From assembly GCF_000284455.1 (NCBI RefSeq), contig NC_017039.1, positions 2,940,001 to 2,972,000 of the forward strand: a stretch of DNA of 32,000 nt. The letters run 5' to 3'. The number at the start of each line of letters is the position of its first letter. Position 1 is the first letter of the stretch. This DNA comes from Synechocystis sp. PCC 6803 substr. PCC-P (GTDB lineage: Bacteria; Cyanobacteriota; Cyanobacteriia; Cyanobacteriales; Microcystaceae). Positions 20,534 to 31,095 of the stretch are shown piece by piece. Position numbers and translations under genes: made by a program. The notes under the pieces were generated by a model that saw nothing but the letters and a program-made list of their open reading frames with translations, made no database searches and had not been told where the DNA came from.

Positions 20534-21055
20534 TCAATGGAGAAATCGAAAAATGGTCCAAATAAGAATGTCGATCGCCATGGTGGCCCCCAGGAGTTTC
20601 AGAGTATTTTGCCAACGTTGTAGTACGGGGTTAACTTGATAGCGCAAAATAAGTTGGTCCCTGGTTTGCACTTCCAATGGTTTGCGCCACACCTGGCCAT
20701 CGTACCAACCGGATTCTTCGTAGGTGACGGTTTCCGCCCCTAGGCGATCGCCAACGTAACGCCAGCCCAACATCAAGCGCAACACAAACAGAGACAATAA
20801 AAGGCAAATACCCAGCACAATCAGAAAACCGCATTGAACCGGTTGCTTTTCCACCGAAAAACTGGCAGAGGCGATCGGACTGACAATAAAACTGATCAGC
20901 AGGGCCAGACGGGTGAGGTTTTTGCCGTAGCTAAGCAGATCTACTTGACCCCAGGAATAGAGCCAAGCGGATTTGAGCGCTTCATATTCGTTGACCGGCT
21001 GTTGGTCGATAGGCACAGGACAGATTTGGGGGGAAGATTCCCGCATCGGCTTCAT
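20534..21055 (-). CDS. CGLD27 / DUF1230-like conserved membrane protein
   Basis: 173-aa ORF with PVPIDQQPVNEYEALKSAWLYSW, SPIASASF, LRLMLGWRYVGDRL, VTYEESGWYDGQVWRKP, RDQLILRYQVNPV, matching my recollection of the family. Confidence 0.75.
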   Translation of the reverse strand: MKPMRESSPQICPVPIDQQPVNEYEALKSAWLYSWGQVDLLSYGKNLTRLALLISFIVSPIASASFSVEKQPVQCGFLIVLGICLLLSLFVLRLMLGWRYVGDRLGAETVTYEESGWYDGQVWRKPLEVQTRDQLILRYQVNPVLQRWQNTLKLLGATMAIDILIWTIFRFLH

Positions 21056-21224
21056 GGGTTTGGGAAGATGGGCTAGAGGATTTAGTGTAATTCCTTCCCA
21101 TTTTGACCCAGAATTTCGGTGAGCACCAAGTTATGGTGAGCTAGGAAATTTGCTTAATTTTGCCTAAAGCAGATTTTCCTGGGGCCCCTCTCCGCTAACC
21201 TGGGATTATCTGTGTTGGTGACCT

Positions 21225-22340
21225 ATGCCTGTATCTCCCCTATCGGTTTGTATTACCCTGGGCACCCGCCCCGAGGCGATTAAATTAGCCCCAGTGATCC
21301 GTGCTTTCCTGGCCCAGCCTGATATGCACACCCAAGTGTTGTTAACGGGACAGCATCGGGAAATGGTGCAACAGGTGATGGATTTATTTGCATTGTCGGC
21401 GGACGCAGATCTGGAAATTATGCAACCGGGGCAAACCCTCACGGACATTACCCAGGGCTGTTTAGAAGGACTAGGACAACTATGGCAAGAAAAACCGCCC
21501 CAATTGGTCATTGTCCAGGGGGACACCACCACTGCATTTGCTGCGGCCCTGGCAGCTTTTTACCAACAAATCCCCATTGGCCATGTGGAAGCAGGTTTAC
21601 GCACCGATAATTTGTTTAACCCCTATCCAGAGGAAGCCAATCGCCGTCTAATTTCCCAAATAGCCCAGTTGCACTTTGCCCCCACTACCTTGGCGGTGGA
21701 GAATTTACGGCGGTCCGATGTCACCGGGGAAATCCATTTAACGGGCAATACGGTCATTGATGCCCTGTTAACGGTGGCGGAACAAAAACCAGCCTGTCCC
21801 ATTCCAGGTTTGGACTGGCAGAAGCATCGAGTTTTACTGGCTACAGTGCATCGCCGGGAAAATTGGGGGGAGCCCTTGCAGGATATTTTGACCAGTTTTA
21901 GCCAAATTCTAGAGCAGTTTCCCGACACGGCCCTATTGCTGCCCATGCACCGTAATCCCACTGTGCGGGAACCGATTCAAAAGGCGTTGGGTAATCATCC
22001 CCGGGTTTTTCTGACAGAACCCTTGGATTACGCCCAATTGGTGGGGGCAATTCAGCATTGTTATTTACTGTTGACGGATTCCGGGGGTCTGCAGGAAGAA
22101 GCTCCTAGTTTGGGAAAACCTGTGTTAGTGTTGCGGGAAACAACGGAACGCCCAGAGGCGATCGCCGCTGGAACTGCCAAATTAGTGGGAACGGATCCAG
22201 CTGCGGTTACGAAGGCTGCCGGGGAATTACTAAGTCAACCTCAGGCTTATGAGCAAATGGCCAACGCCATCAATCCTTTTGGGGATGGTACCGCTAGCCA
22301 AAAAATTATCGAAATTGTCCGTAACTATTTCCAGCATTAA
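21225..22340 (+). CDS. wecB: UDP-N-acetylglucosamine 2-epimerase (non-hydrolysing)
   Basis: 371-aa ORF: ITLGTRPEAIKLAPVIRAF, VVIQGDTTT-like VIVQGDTTTAFAAALAA, GHVEAGLRTDNLFNPYPEEANRRL, TDSGGLQEEAPSLGKPVLVLRETTERPEA. Confidence 0.95.
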   Translation: MPVSPLSVCITLGTRPEAIKLAPVIRAFLAQPDMHTQVLLTGQHREMVQQVMDLFALSADADLEIMQPGQTLTDITQGCLEGLGQLWQEKPPQLVIVQGDTTTAFAAALAAFYQQIPIGHVEAGLRTDNLFNPYPEEANRRLISQIAQLHFAPTTLAVENLRRSDVTGEIHLTGNTVIDALLTVAEQKPACPIPGLDWQKHRVLLATVHRRENWGEPLQDILTSFSQILEQFPDTALLLPMHRNPTVREPIQKALGNHPRVFLTEPLDYAQLVGAIQHCYLLLTDSGGLQEEAPSLGKPVLVLRETTERPEAIAAGTAKLVGTDPAAVTKAAGELLSQPQAYEQMANAINPFGDGTASQKIIEIVRNYFQH

Positions 22341-22397
22341 AGCTGGTGCCACCATTGTCTTGAATTTGTTAGTCAAAATTTTTAGTAAAACCACATA

Positions 22398-23861
22398 ATG
22401 CTCAGTTTAATTAATGTTTTATTTGCCTTTATAACCATAGCGATTTTAATCCTAGCGGGTAGGTTTCTTAAGCAAAAAATTAAACTATTTCAAAAACTAT
22501 ATTTACCAGAATCGATTATCGCCGGGGCGATCGCCCTGTTGTTGGGGCCTGGAGTTTTCGGTGCTATTGCCGTGGCTTTGGGGGTGCCTGCCGACGGCTA
22601 TTTAGCGGGGGGCGTATTTTCAGAAACCACCCGTGCGGTCTGGGCCCAATCCCCCGGAGTATTTATAAATATAGTTTTTGCCGCTCTCTTCCTAGGGGAA
22701 ACCATTCCCAAACCAAAGGAAATTTGGCGAAAAACTGCTCCCCAGGTAGCCTTTGGCCAGACGTTGGCTTGGGGCCAATATGTTCTGCCCATACTGGTAA
22801 CTTTATTGATTTTAATTCCCCTATTTGATGTCGATCCCATCATTGCAACTTTAGTGGAAATTAGTTTTGAAGGAGGCCACGGAACAGCCGCGGGGATGGC
22901 AGAAACTTTTAACAGGTTAAACTTTCCCGATGGGGGAGATTTAGCCCTGGGATTAGCCACGGTGGGCATTGTTACAGGGGTAATTGCCGGAACGATTTTG
23001 GCCGACTGGGGCAGAAAAAATAATTACATTCAAGAAATACCAACGGAAGTACCATCAGGAGACGCCCAATTTCAACCTACGGCCCATCTAGAGAGCGATC
23101 GGGTTTTAACCAGAAGGGCCCGGTTAATGCAGAATCTTTTAGTTGATCCCCTGTCTTTAAACTTTGGTTTTACGGCCCTAGCAGTGTTGATTGGCTGGAT
23201 AATTTTAGAATTACTTAGGTTATTAGAATTTTTCACCTGGGGAAAAACGGGTTTTGAGTTAGCTGGAGCCATTCCCCTATTCCCCATGGCTTTGATCGGG
23301 GGAATTATTGTCCAACTAATCATGAAAAAGTTGGATTTAGATACCTTAATTATTCGCAATTTACAGGAAAGAATTGCTGGGGTTGCACTGGATTTAGTGG
23401 TGGTGACTGCTTTGGCTTCCATTAAACTGCAAGTGTTGGGGGCTAACTTGCCCGTTTTTCTTAGTTTGTCTTTGGTGGGAATTGTTTGGAATATTGTCGC
23501 TTTTGTCTACCTAGCACCAAAAATTTTACCGAGCTACTGGTTTGAACGGGGCATTGGTGATATGGGCCAATCCATGGGAGTTACTGCCACGGGAATTCTC
23601 TTAATTAAAATGGTGGACCCCCATAACCGCACGGGTGCATTTGAGAGTTTTGCCTATAAACAATTATTTTTTGAACCCATTGTTGGCGGGGGATTATTTA
23701 CAGCAGCGGCCCCTACTTTGATCCGACAATTTGGCCTAGTTCCCATGCTAATTTCCACCTCTGGGCTATTAGCTTTTTGGTTAATCTTTGGTTTCTGGAA
23801 CTACAAGGTGATTAAACGAGAAATGATCGCCGAAGCGAATTCTCCCAACCCAATTACTTGA
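22398..23861 (+). CDS. Sodium/glutamate symporter (GltS)-like membrane protein
   Basis: 487-aa polytopic ORF with GGHGTAAGMAETF and TATGILLIKMVDP segments typical of GltS-like proteins. Confidence 0.8.
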   Translation: MLSLINVLFAFITIAILILAGRFLKQKIKLFQKLYLPESIIAGAIALLLGPGVFGAIAVALGVPADGYLAGGVFSETTRAVWAQSPGVFINIVFAALFLGETIPKPKEIWRKTAPQVAFGQTLAWGQYVLPILVTLLILIPLFDVDPIIATLVEISFEGGHGTAAGMAETFNRLNFPDGGDLALGLATVGIVTGVIAGTILADWGRKNNYIQEIPTEVPSGDAQFQPTAHLESDRVLTRRARLMQNLLVDPLSLNFGFTALAVLIGWIILELLRLLEFFTWGKTGFELAGAIPLFPMALIGGIIVQLIMKKLDLDTLIIRNLQERIAGVALDLVVVTALASIKLQVLGANLPVFLSLSLVGIVWNIVAFVYLAPKILPSYWFERGIGDMGQSMGVTATGILLIKMVDPHNRTGAFESFAYKQLFFEPIVGGGLFTAAAPTLIRQFGLVPMLISTSGLLAFWLIFGFWNYKVIKREMIAEANSPNPIT

Positions 23862-23981
23862 TATTGATATTCAGGGAATAATAAACTGCAATTAGGTCTG
23901 TTCTATGTACGAAAAATTGCAGTATTTAGCAGCGTTAAAAATTAAGATCTTGTAACGTCTTGGTCAAGCCTTGGTCAATCT

Positions 23982-24371
23982 TTAAAATCTGGCTAGATGC
24001 CAGTCGGGGCGTAAACTGCGAGCTTGCCGTAAATAAGCGTGGTACATCTCAGACTGGGGACTTTGGCTGTTGACATGGATCAACACCCGGATACACCGTT
24101 CCAAACTACCTTTTACACACATTTGTTGGACATCTAGCAGGGGTACATTTTCCCAACGGGGCCTCTGCCTGGCGATCGCCGCCGGAAAAATGGCATCGAG
24201 ATCGGGGGTAACGGAGAAGGTTACGCTGACAATGTCTTCAGGGGGACAGGCATTATTCGCTTCAATGACATCCAGTAGCTCACAGACCGCATCTCGGATT
24301 GCCTCAGAGCTATTTTCCGAAACCGTCGTTGCACCCCGAATTGCCCGAACTTTCCAGTCCACCACCCTCAA
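23982..24371 (-). CDS. aroH: Chorismate mutase, AroH class
   Basis: 129-aa ORF: WKVRAIRGATTVSENSSEAIRDAVCELLDVIEANNACPPEDIVSVTFSVTPDLDAIFPAAIAR, VPLLDVQQMCVKGSLERCIRVLIHV. Confidence 0.93.
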   Translation of the reverse strand: MRVVDWKVRAIRGATTVSENSSEAIRDAVCELLDVIEANNACPPEDIVSVTFSVTPDLDAIFPAAIARQRPRWENVPLLDVQQMCVKGSLERCIRVLIHVNSQSPQSEMYHAYLRQARSLRPDWHLARF

Positions 24372-24562
24372 CCTCCTCGTTAATTGCTAGTAAGTTTAGT
24401 CTTTGTGAGTTGAATTTAATTTAATCGGTCTAGTTACGGGGGCAAAAGTTCCCCGTTTAGCCCTAGCCCAAGGGTAAGGGACTATTTTGCTTGGAAACCA
24501 CACCCATCTTACCGGACAATTCGGTTAGGATGATTGACTGACCTTTTGCCAATTTTGCCTGA

Positions 24563-25759
24563 ATGTCTATGCCTCGCCTCAGCCTTTGCATGATTGTTCA
24601 AAACGAAGCCGCTTTCCTAGGAGATTGCCTGGCCAGTGTGGCGAGTTTAGTGGACGAAATAGTCATAGCAGATACAGGGTCCACCGATAACACAGTGGAA
24701 ATTGCCACCCAGGCGGGAGCTAAGGTGATCACTGTGCCTTGGCAGGATGATTTTGCCCTGGCTCGCAATCAGGCCCTAGCGGCCACCACTGGAGATTGGG
24801 TTTTAGTCCTCGACGCGGACGAAAGGTTGAATATTTTGGTAAAAGATGGCATCGAAAAGGCGATCGCCATGGACAATGCCTTAGTGGTGAACCTAATGCG
24901 CCACGAACTGGGCAGTAATCAATCTCCCTATTCCTTGGTATCCCGACTGTTTCGTCGTCATCCGGCAGTGCAATTTAACCGTGCTTACCACGAAACCATT
25001 GACGACAGTGTGTTGGCCTTATTAACCCAGGAACCGGATTGGCAAGTGATTGACCTACCGGGGGTGGCCATTTTGCACCAGGGCTATGACCCTACTTTAC
25101 TCAGGCAACGGGGCAAAACCCAACGGGCCAAGCATTTACTCGAAAAAGCCAGGGTGGATAATCCCCAGGATCCTTACCTCTGCAGTAAGTTGGGAGCCTT
25201 ATATTTTAGTTTGGGGGATGAAAAAGAAGGGGTAAAACTACTCAAGCAGGGTCTAAAAAGCAATACAGCTTCCATCCCTGTGCGATTTGAATTGCATTAC
25301 CATTTGGCCAACGCCTACCGTCGCCAACAAAAATGGGAACTGGCTCGGAAGCATTATCAAAAAGCCCTGGATGAAGAAATTTTATTGCCGCTAAAATTAG
25401 GTGCTTTGATTAATTACGGTGCTTTTTTACAAGACTTGGGGGAATTGGGCGAAGCAATTAAGCTTTATCAAGCAGTAATTCACATTGATCCATCCCAGGC
25501 GATCGCCTTTTTTAATCTAGCTATGATTTACAAAGCCCAAGGGAATTTGCTAGAAGCTATTAAAGGTTATCAAGAGGCTATTACCCTGCAACCGGATTAT
25601 GCTGAAGCCTATCAAAACTTAGCTGTTACTAGCTTTAAAGCTGGGCTAATTCAGGAAAGTGTCGATGCTTTCCAACAGGCGATCGCCCTTTACGAACAAC
25701 GGCAATCTCCGGAGGCAGATCGACTAAGAAAAAACCTAGGAGAAATGGGTTTGATCTAA
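24563..25759 (+). CDS. Family 2 glycosyltransferase fused to TPR repeats
   Basis: 398-aa ORF: SLCMIVQNEAAFLGDCLASVASLVDEIVIADTGSTDNTVEIA, WVLVLDADERL, followed by TPR-like repeats (EAIKLYQAVIHIDPSQAIAFFNLAMIYKAQGNLLEAIKGYQEAITLQPDYAEAYQNLAV). Confidence 0.9.
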   Translation: MSMPRLSLCMIVQNEAAFLGDCLASVASLVDEIVIADTGSTDNTVEIATQAGAKVITVPWQDDFALARNQALAATTGDWVLVLDADERLNILVKDGIEKAIAMDNALVVNLMRHELGSNQSPYSLVSRLFRRHPAVQFNRAYHETIDDSVLALLTQEPDWQVIDLPGVAILHQGYDPTLLRQRGKTQRAKHLLEKARVDNPQDPYLCSKLGALYFSLGDEKEGVKLLKQGLKSNTASIPVRFELHYHLANAYRRQQKWELARKHYQKALDEEILLPLKLGALINYGAFLQDLGELGEAIKLYQAVIHIDPSQAIAFFNLAMIYKAQGNLLEAIKGYQEAITLQPDYAEAYQNLAVTSFKAGLIQESVDAFQQAIALYEQRQSPEADRLRKNLGEMGLI

Positions 25760-25843
25760 ATGTGCAATTTATTCATGGAAATGCCAAAAGAATTGTTTGA
25801 GTGAAACTGGCTCAAGATTCGATTATCACCCAAGAAAAGTTAA

Positions 25844-27214
25844 CTATCGCTCTTCTATCATTGTGGGTAGGATAAAACGGAGAAGATAGTCTGAAATGCG
25901 GAGGTGGTATATGGTTGCCCCACGTGAAGCAAAAGAAACAGTATAATTCATTGACAAATACTGCGAAGGATACAGAGGCTTATTTTATTTCCAAAAGTGA
26001 GAATGAGAAGCTTTGAATACTTGCATCTAGGATTAATTGCGAATATAAAGAGAAAAACCTTCGCAGAAATAGCTAAGGTAGTAGGACTAGAAAATGGACA
26101 AGGATTTGACTATTTCTTCGGTAACAGCCCTTGGTCGTTAGAGGAGGTAAGGGAAAGAAGAATTAATAAAATTCTGAGTTTTGCGAAAGGAGAAGCAATA
26201 ACAATGATCATAGACGAAACAGGGGATAGGAAAAAAGGAAGAAAGACAGATTATGTTGCGCGTCAGTATATTGGCAATCTAGGAAAAATAGAAAATGGAA
26301 TAGTAGAGGTGATGTGTTATGGAATTATAAAGGGAATGACAGTACCATTAATCAGCAAAGTATATAAACCAGAGACAAGACTAAAAGAGGGGGATAAATA
26401 CAAAAATAAGCCAGAAATAGCAGGGGAAATTATCAAAGAAATAAAAGAGCTTGGTTTCAATATAAAGGTAGTATTAGCAGATAGTGAATATGGAGAGAGC
26501 AGCGAAAACTTTGTAAGAGTATTAGAAAAAGAAAATCTAGAATATGTACTAGCTATAAGGAGTAATCATGGAGTCTGGCTTGGGAAAGAGGAAAGAGTAA
26601 GAGCGAACAAATGGGGAAAATTTGAGAGAGAATTTGCAAGTGGAAAGTCGGAAATAAGATACGTGAGAGAAATTATTTATGGAAAGAGAGGGGAAAAAAG
26701 ATATTGGCAAGTAACGGATAACAAGGAGAAAATGCCGTCAAATTCAACGTATTGTATTATGACAAAAGTATCAGAAATAAAATATAAAGAAGTGGGTAAC
26801 TTATATGGAGCAAGGAACTGGATAGAGTATGGATTAAAGCAAATAAAGAATGAACTGGGGTGGGCAGATTTTAGAATAATGGACTATTCCAGAATAGAAA
26901 AATGGCGGGAAATAGTGATGAGCGTATATTTAATGGTAAGTCTTCAGATAGAAAATTTGCCTCCGCATGATAACTCCTTAAACAAATCAAAAAAATGGAT
27001 GGAAAAACATACTTAACAACATGAAATTAATAATTCAGCCATTATGTTACTTTAATTTATTAAAGCCGTGGATGACGGTGATTTATACACCTCAGTTATT
27101 GAGAAACTTCCATTGCTTATTTGACAAATTGAAGAAGGCAGTAATGGCTTTAGGAGACCTTATTATTGCTCCAATTATTTTACCTTCCCACCTACACTGA
27201 TAGAAGAGCGATAG
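25844..27214 (+). mobile_element. IS701-like insertion sequence, degenerate
   Basis: Imperfect terminal inverted repeats: left 25844-25872 CTATCGCTCTTCTATCATTGTGGGTAGGA; right (reverse complement of 27186-27214) CTATCGCTCTTCTATCAGTGTAGGTGGGA, 26/29 identical. They enclose a DDE transposase. No clear target duplication seen. Confidence 0.85.
25911..27200 (+). pseudogene. IS701-like DDE transposase, disrupted by one nonsense codon and two frameshifts
   Basis: The core ORF 25997-27016 includes IIDETGDRKKG, VVLADSEYGES and NWIEYGLKQIKNELGW. Upstream frame from ATG 25911 reads MVAPREAKETV*FIDKYCEGYRGLF; downstream frame reads GWKNILNNMKLIIQPLCYFNLLKPWM... up to the stop at 27198-27200. Confidence 0.85.
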
Positions 27215-27384
27215 GTTTTCGACAGGCTTATTTGGTGGCTTTTTTGAATTTGGGATTCTTCCCCAGGTGAGCCATGGGGATTCTAATTCGCCCTGGCTGT
27301 TTATGGTGATAGTAGAATCGGCCCTCGGCATTCCCTAACATGTAAACTTTTTCCACTAACCATCTGTTGCTCCTAACAAACAAC

Positions 27385-27413
27385 AAAAGGGGAGCGGAAA
27401 AACCGACCCCCTT
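27385..27413 (-). terminator. Possible terminator downstream of the ammonium transporter gene
   Basis: On the minus strand: AAGGGG-GT-CGG-TTTTT-CCG-CT-CCCCTT followed by T-rich TTGTTG, about 90 nt after the amt stop. Confidence 0.45.
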
Positions 27414-27504
27414 GAAGATAGTTACTATTTTTTGCCAGTTTGATGACAATTAATTTGCCTGCAGTCGGTGAAAGGATAAATTTTATCCTTCCAGCCCAGA
27501 CGAA

Positions 27505-29085
<1,581 letters not shown>

Positions 29086-29202
29086 TTATTAAGCCAGCTC
29101 TGTGATAGTGCCCTGCCATAGATTTGGTCGAAGAATAGAAGAAACTAGACTTTTTCGGACATCAAACCATTAGAGTATTCAATTTTTACATGATTGTTTT
29201 CT

Positions 29203-29216
29203 GTATGATTTACTAC
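29203..29216 (-). promoter_or_regulatory. NtcA-type binding site GTA-N8-TAC upstream of amt1
   Basis: Minus strand GTAGTAAATCATAC (plus strand GTATGATTTACTAC), exact GTAN8TAC. AATACT/TACTCT lies 23-25 nt downstream on the minus strand and could be the -10. Confidence 0.6.
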
Positions 29217-29302
29217 TTTTCAAATGGAAAATTCGGTGTAAACCTGTGAACTTTAGTGGCTCCCCTGCTTTTACCCATGGGGTTAATCGTCTTTTTGTAC
29301 TA

Positions 29303-29995
29303 TCAGCCCCTTGGTGTCTGGATTTCTTTCAACAAAGTACGGATTAGATCGCCAATTTCTCTCCAGGCTTTGATTGCTACTAAATTGGGGGGGAATAGCT
29401 GTCCAGATAGGCCAACGGCGATCGCTCCGGCCGCTAGGAAAGCTTGGGCATTTGCCAAAGTTACCCCTCCGGTGGGAATAAGGGGAATTTGGCCGAGGGG
29501 ACCTTGGAGAGCTTGAATGTAGTCCACTCCTCCCAAGGTTTTAATGGGAAAAACTTTGACGGCGGTGGCTCCCCTCTGCCAGGCTTGGACAATCTCCGTA
29601 GGGGAAAAGGCACCGGGAATAATGGGGATGCCATGGGCCACGGCGCTGGTAATTAATTCTGGCTCACTGTGGGGGGTAAAGCAAAATTGGGCTCCACTGG
29701 CAACGGCCTGGAGCAAATCCTCCTGAGAGAGGACTGTACCCGTACCAATGGCACAATGGGGAAATTGATGACGCAGGTGAGCAATGGTTTCCCCCGGCTG
29801 GTCACTGTTCCAGGTAATTTCCACTAGCCCCATGCCTGCTTCGATGGCCACCTTAGCCAATTGCAGACTTAGGTCGATGGAATCAGTGCGAATAACGGCG
29901 ATCGCCCGGTGCTGTCGCAACATTTTTAACCATGGCGATCGGAGGGCGGAGATAGCTGACTCCTGGGGGCAACCAAAATCATCAATGATGGACAA
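29303..29995 (-). CDS. eda: 2-keto-3-deoxy-6-phosphogluconate (KDPG/KHG) aldolase
   Basis: 230-aa ORF: AIAVIRTDS, GMGLVEITWNSD, IGTGTVLSQEDLLQAVASGAQFCFTP, VKVFPIKTLGGVDYIQAL, LIPTGGVTLANAQAFLAAGAIAVGLSGQLFP. Confidence 0.92.
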   Translation of the reverse strand: MSIIDDFGCPQESAISALRSPWLKMLRQHRAIAVIRTDSIDLSLQLAKVAIEAGMGLVEITWNSDQPGETIAHLRHQFPHCAIGTGTVLSQEDLLQAVASGAQFCFTPHSEPELITSAVAHGIPIIPGAFSPTEIVQAWQRGATAVKVFPIKTLGGVDYIQALQGPLGQIPLIPTGGVTLANAQAFLAAGAIAVGLSGQLFPPNLVAIKAWREIGDLIRTLLKEIQTPRG

Positions 29996-30042
29996 ATTCC
30001 AAACTTCCTACATTCAACACTGTTCCAGATTACCGCTCCACC

Positions 30043-31050
30043 ATGGCCCTTTCTCCCCTCTCCCGCTTTCAAGCTTCCTTACTCCTGGCCTTGGGGGGAA
30101 AAGACTGGGATGAAAACCATCAGAATCAAGCTAATTGCCTCCGATGGGGCCAACCCTGGCAGTACATATTATCCGAGCCTTACCAAACTCCTTTGCCGGA
30201 AAGATTTTGGCAAAATGCTTTGTCCCAACAGCCAGCCTTAACTACGGCAGAGTTAGTTAATTGGTTAATTGTTTTAGCTCTTTACCATTACGAAAATCCC
30301 TTCGGCTTTAGGCAGGATCTATCCCACTGGTTCCATCTTTGTCAGAATCATTGCCCTGCATGGGTCGGTGGTGACCAGGCCGAGCCCGCCTTATTACTAT
30401 GGCAAAGACTACTGACCCTTATCCTGTCGGAAAGATTTGCCATTCACCAGTTGCCAGCCCTACTGAGAGCACCAGCGCAATGGTGGCCAGTTACTCCGGC
30501 CCCGGCATTTTCCCCAGAGTTACGCCAGGGCCTAACGGCGATCGCCGCATGTTTAGAAAATTATGTTTCCCCCAGAACCACGGGCCAAACTGCCGATCCC
30601 TGGATCCATATGGTTAGCACCGCCATTTATCTCTGGGGTCAAAACCCCGCTCAACCCCGGTTAATTCTTCGCCAACTAGGAATGGCAGAACAATCTGCAT
30701 CAAAGGCGATCGCCCTTTCACCCCCGAGGAAAAATCAAGTGAATCACCCTGGCCAGAATCCTTATCCGGGGATTTTGTCCCCCTTAACCCTCGCCCTCGT
30801 GGGAGCTTATAATGGTATGCAGATTAGCCAACAAGCTCTAATAACAGACCATCGCTCCACAGTGCGCGCCAACTTTTTGCCCTTAGGACAACAACTTTGG
30901 CGGAGATGGTCCGGTCGTCTTAGTGTTGGTTCCGGCCAGGAAAACCCCGCCTTGGCTGTAGCTCCCCCGTTGGGAATGCAACGTCGATCTAGTTTAAAAT
31001 TGGTCTCTCAACAGGAATATGCACAGATCCTCCCCACCCATGGCAATTAA
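30043..31050 (+). CDS. Conserved-looking hypothetical protein
   Basis: 335-aa ORF with uninterrupted protein-like composition, divergent from eda with a 47-nt gap. No family recognised. Confidence 0.65.
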   Translation: MALSPLSRFQASLLLALGGKDWDENHQNQANCLRWGQPWQYILSEPYQTPLPERFWQNALSQQPALTTAELVNWLIVLALYHYENPFGFRQDLSHWFHLCQNHCPAWVGGDQAEPALLLWQRLLTLILSERFAIHQLPALLRAPAQWWPVTPAPAFSPELRQGLTAIAACLENYVSPRTTGQTADPWIHMVSTAIYLWGQNPAQPRLILRQLGMAEQSASKAIALSPPRKNQVNHPGQNPYPGILSPLTLALVGAYNGMQISQQALITDHRSTVRANFLPLGQQLWRRWSGRLSVGSGQENPALAVAPPLGMQRRSSLKLVSQQEYAQILPTHGN

Positions 31051-31095
31051 CTGGACAGCCCAACATTTTCCAGCCGTTGCCCACCCATTGGTGCT

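Noticed and set aside
21225-22340. Polysaccharide biosynthesis cluster around the UDP-GlcNAc 2-epimerase
   Set aside because: Its neighbours (CGLD27-like, GltS-like, AroH) are functionally unrelated, so no cluster can be supported.
25838-27220. Target-site duplication flanking the IS
   Set aside because: Left flank TTAA and right flank GTTT do not match. Either it is decayed or the exact ends are off by a few bases, so no duplication is claimed.
27092-27449. Minus-strand ORFs 27092..27331 and 27228..27449 across the right IS end
   Set aside because: One crosses the IS boundary, the other overlaps a probable terminator; no family resemblance.
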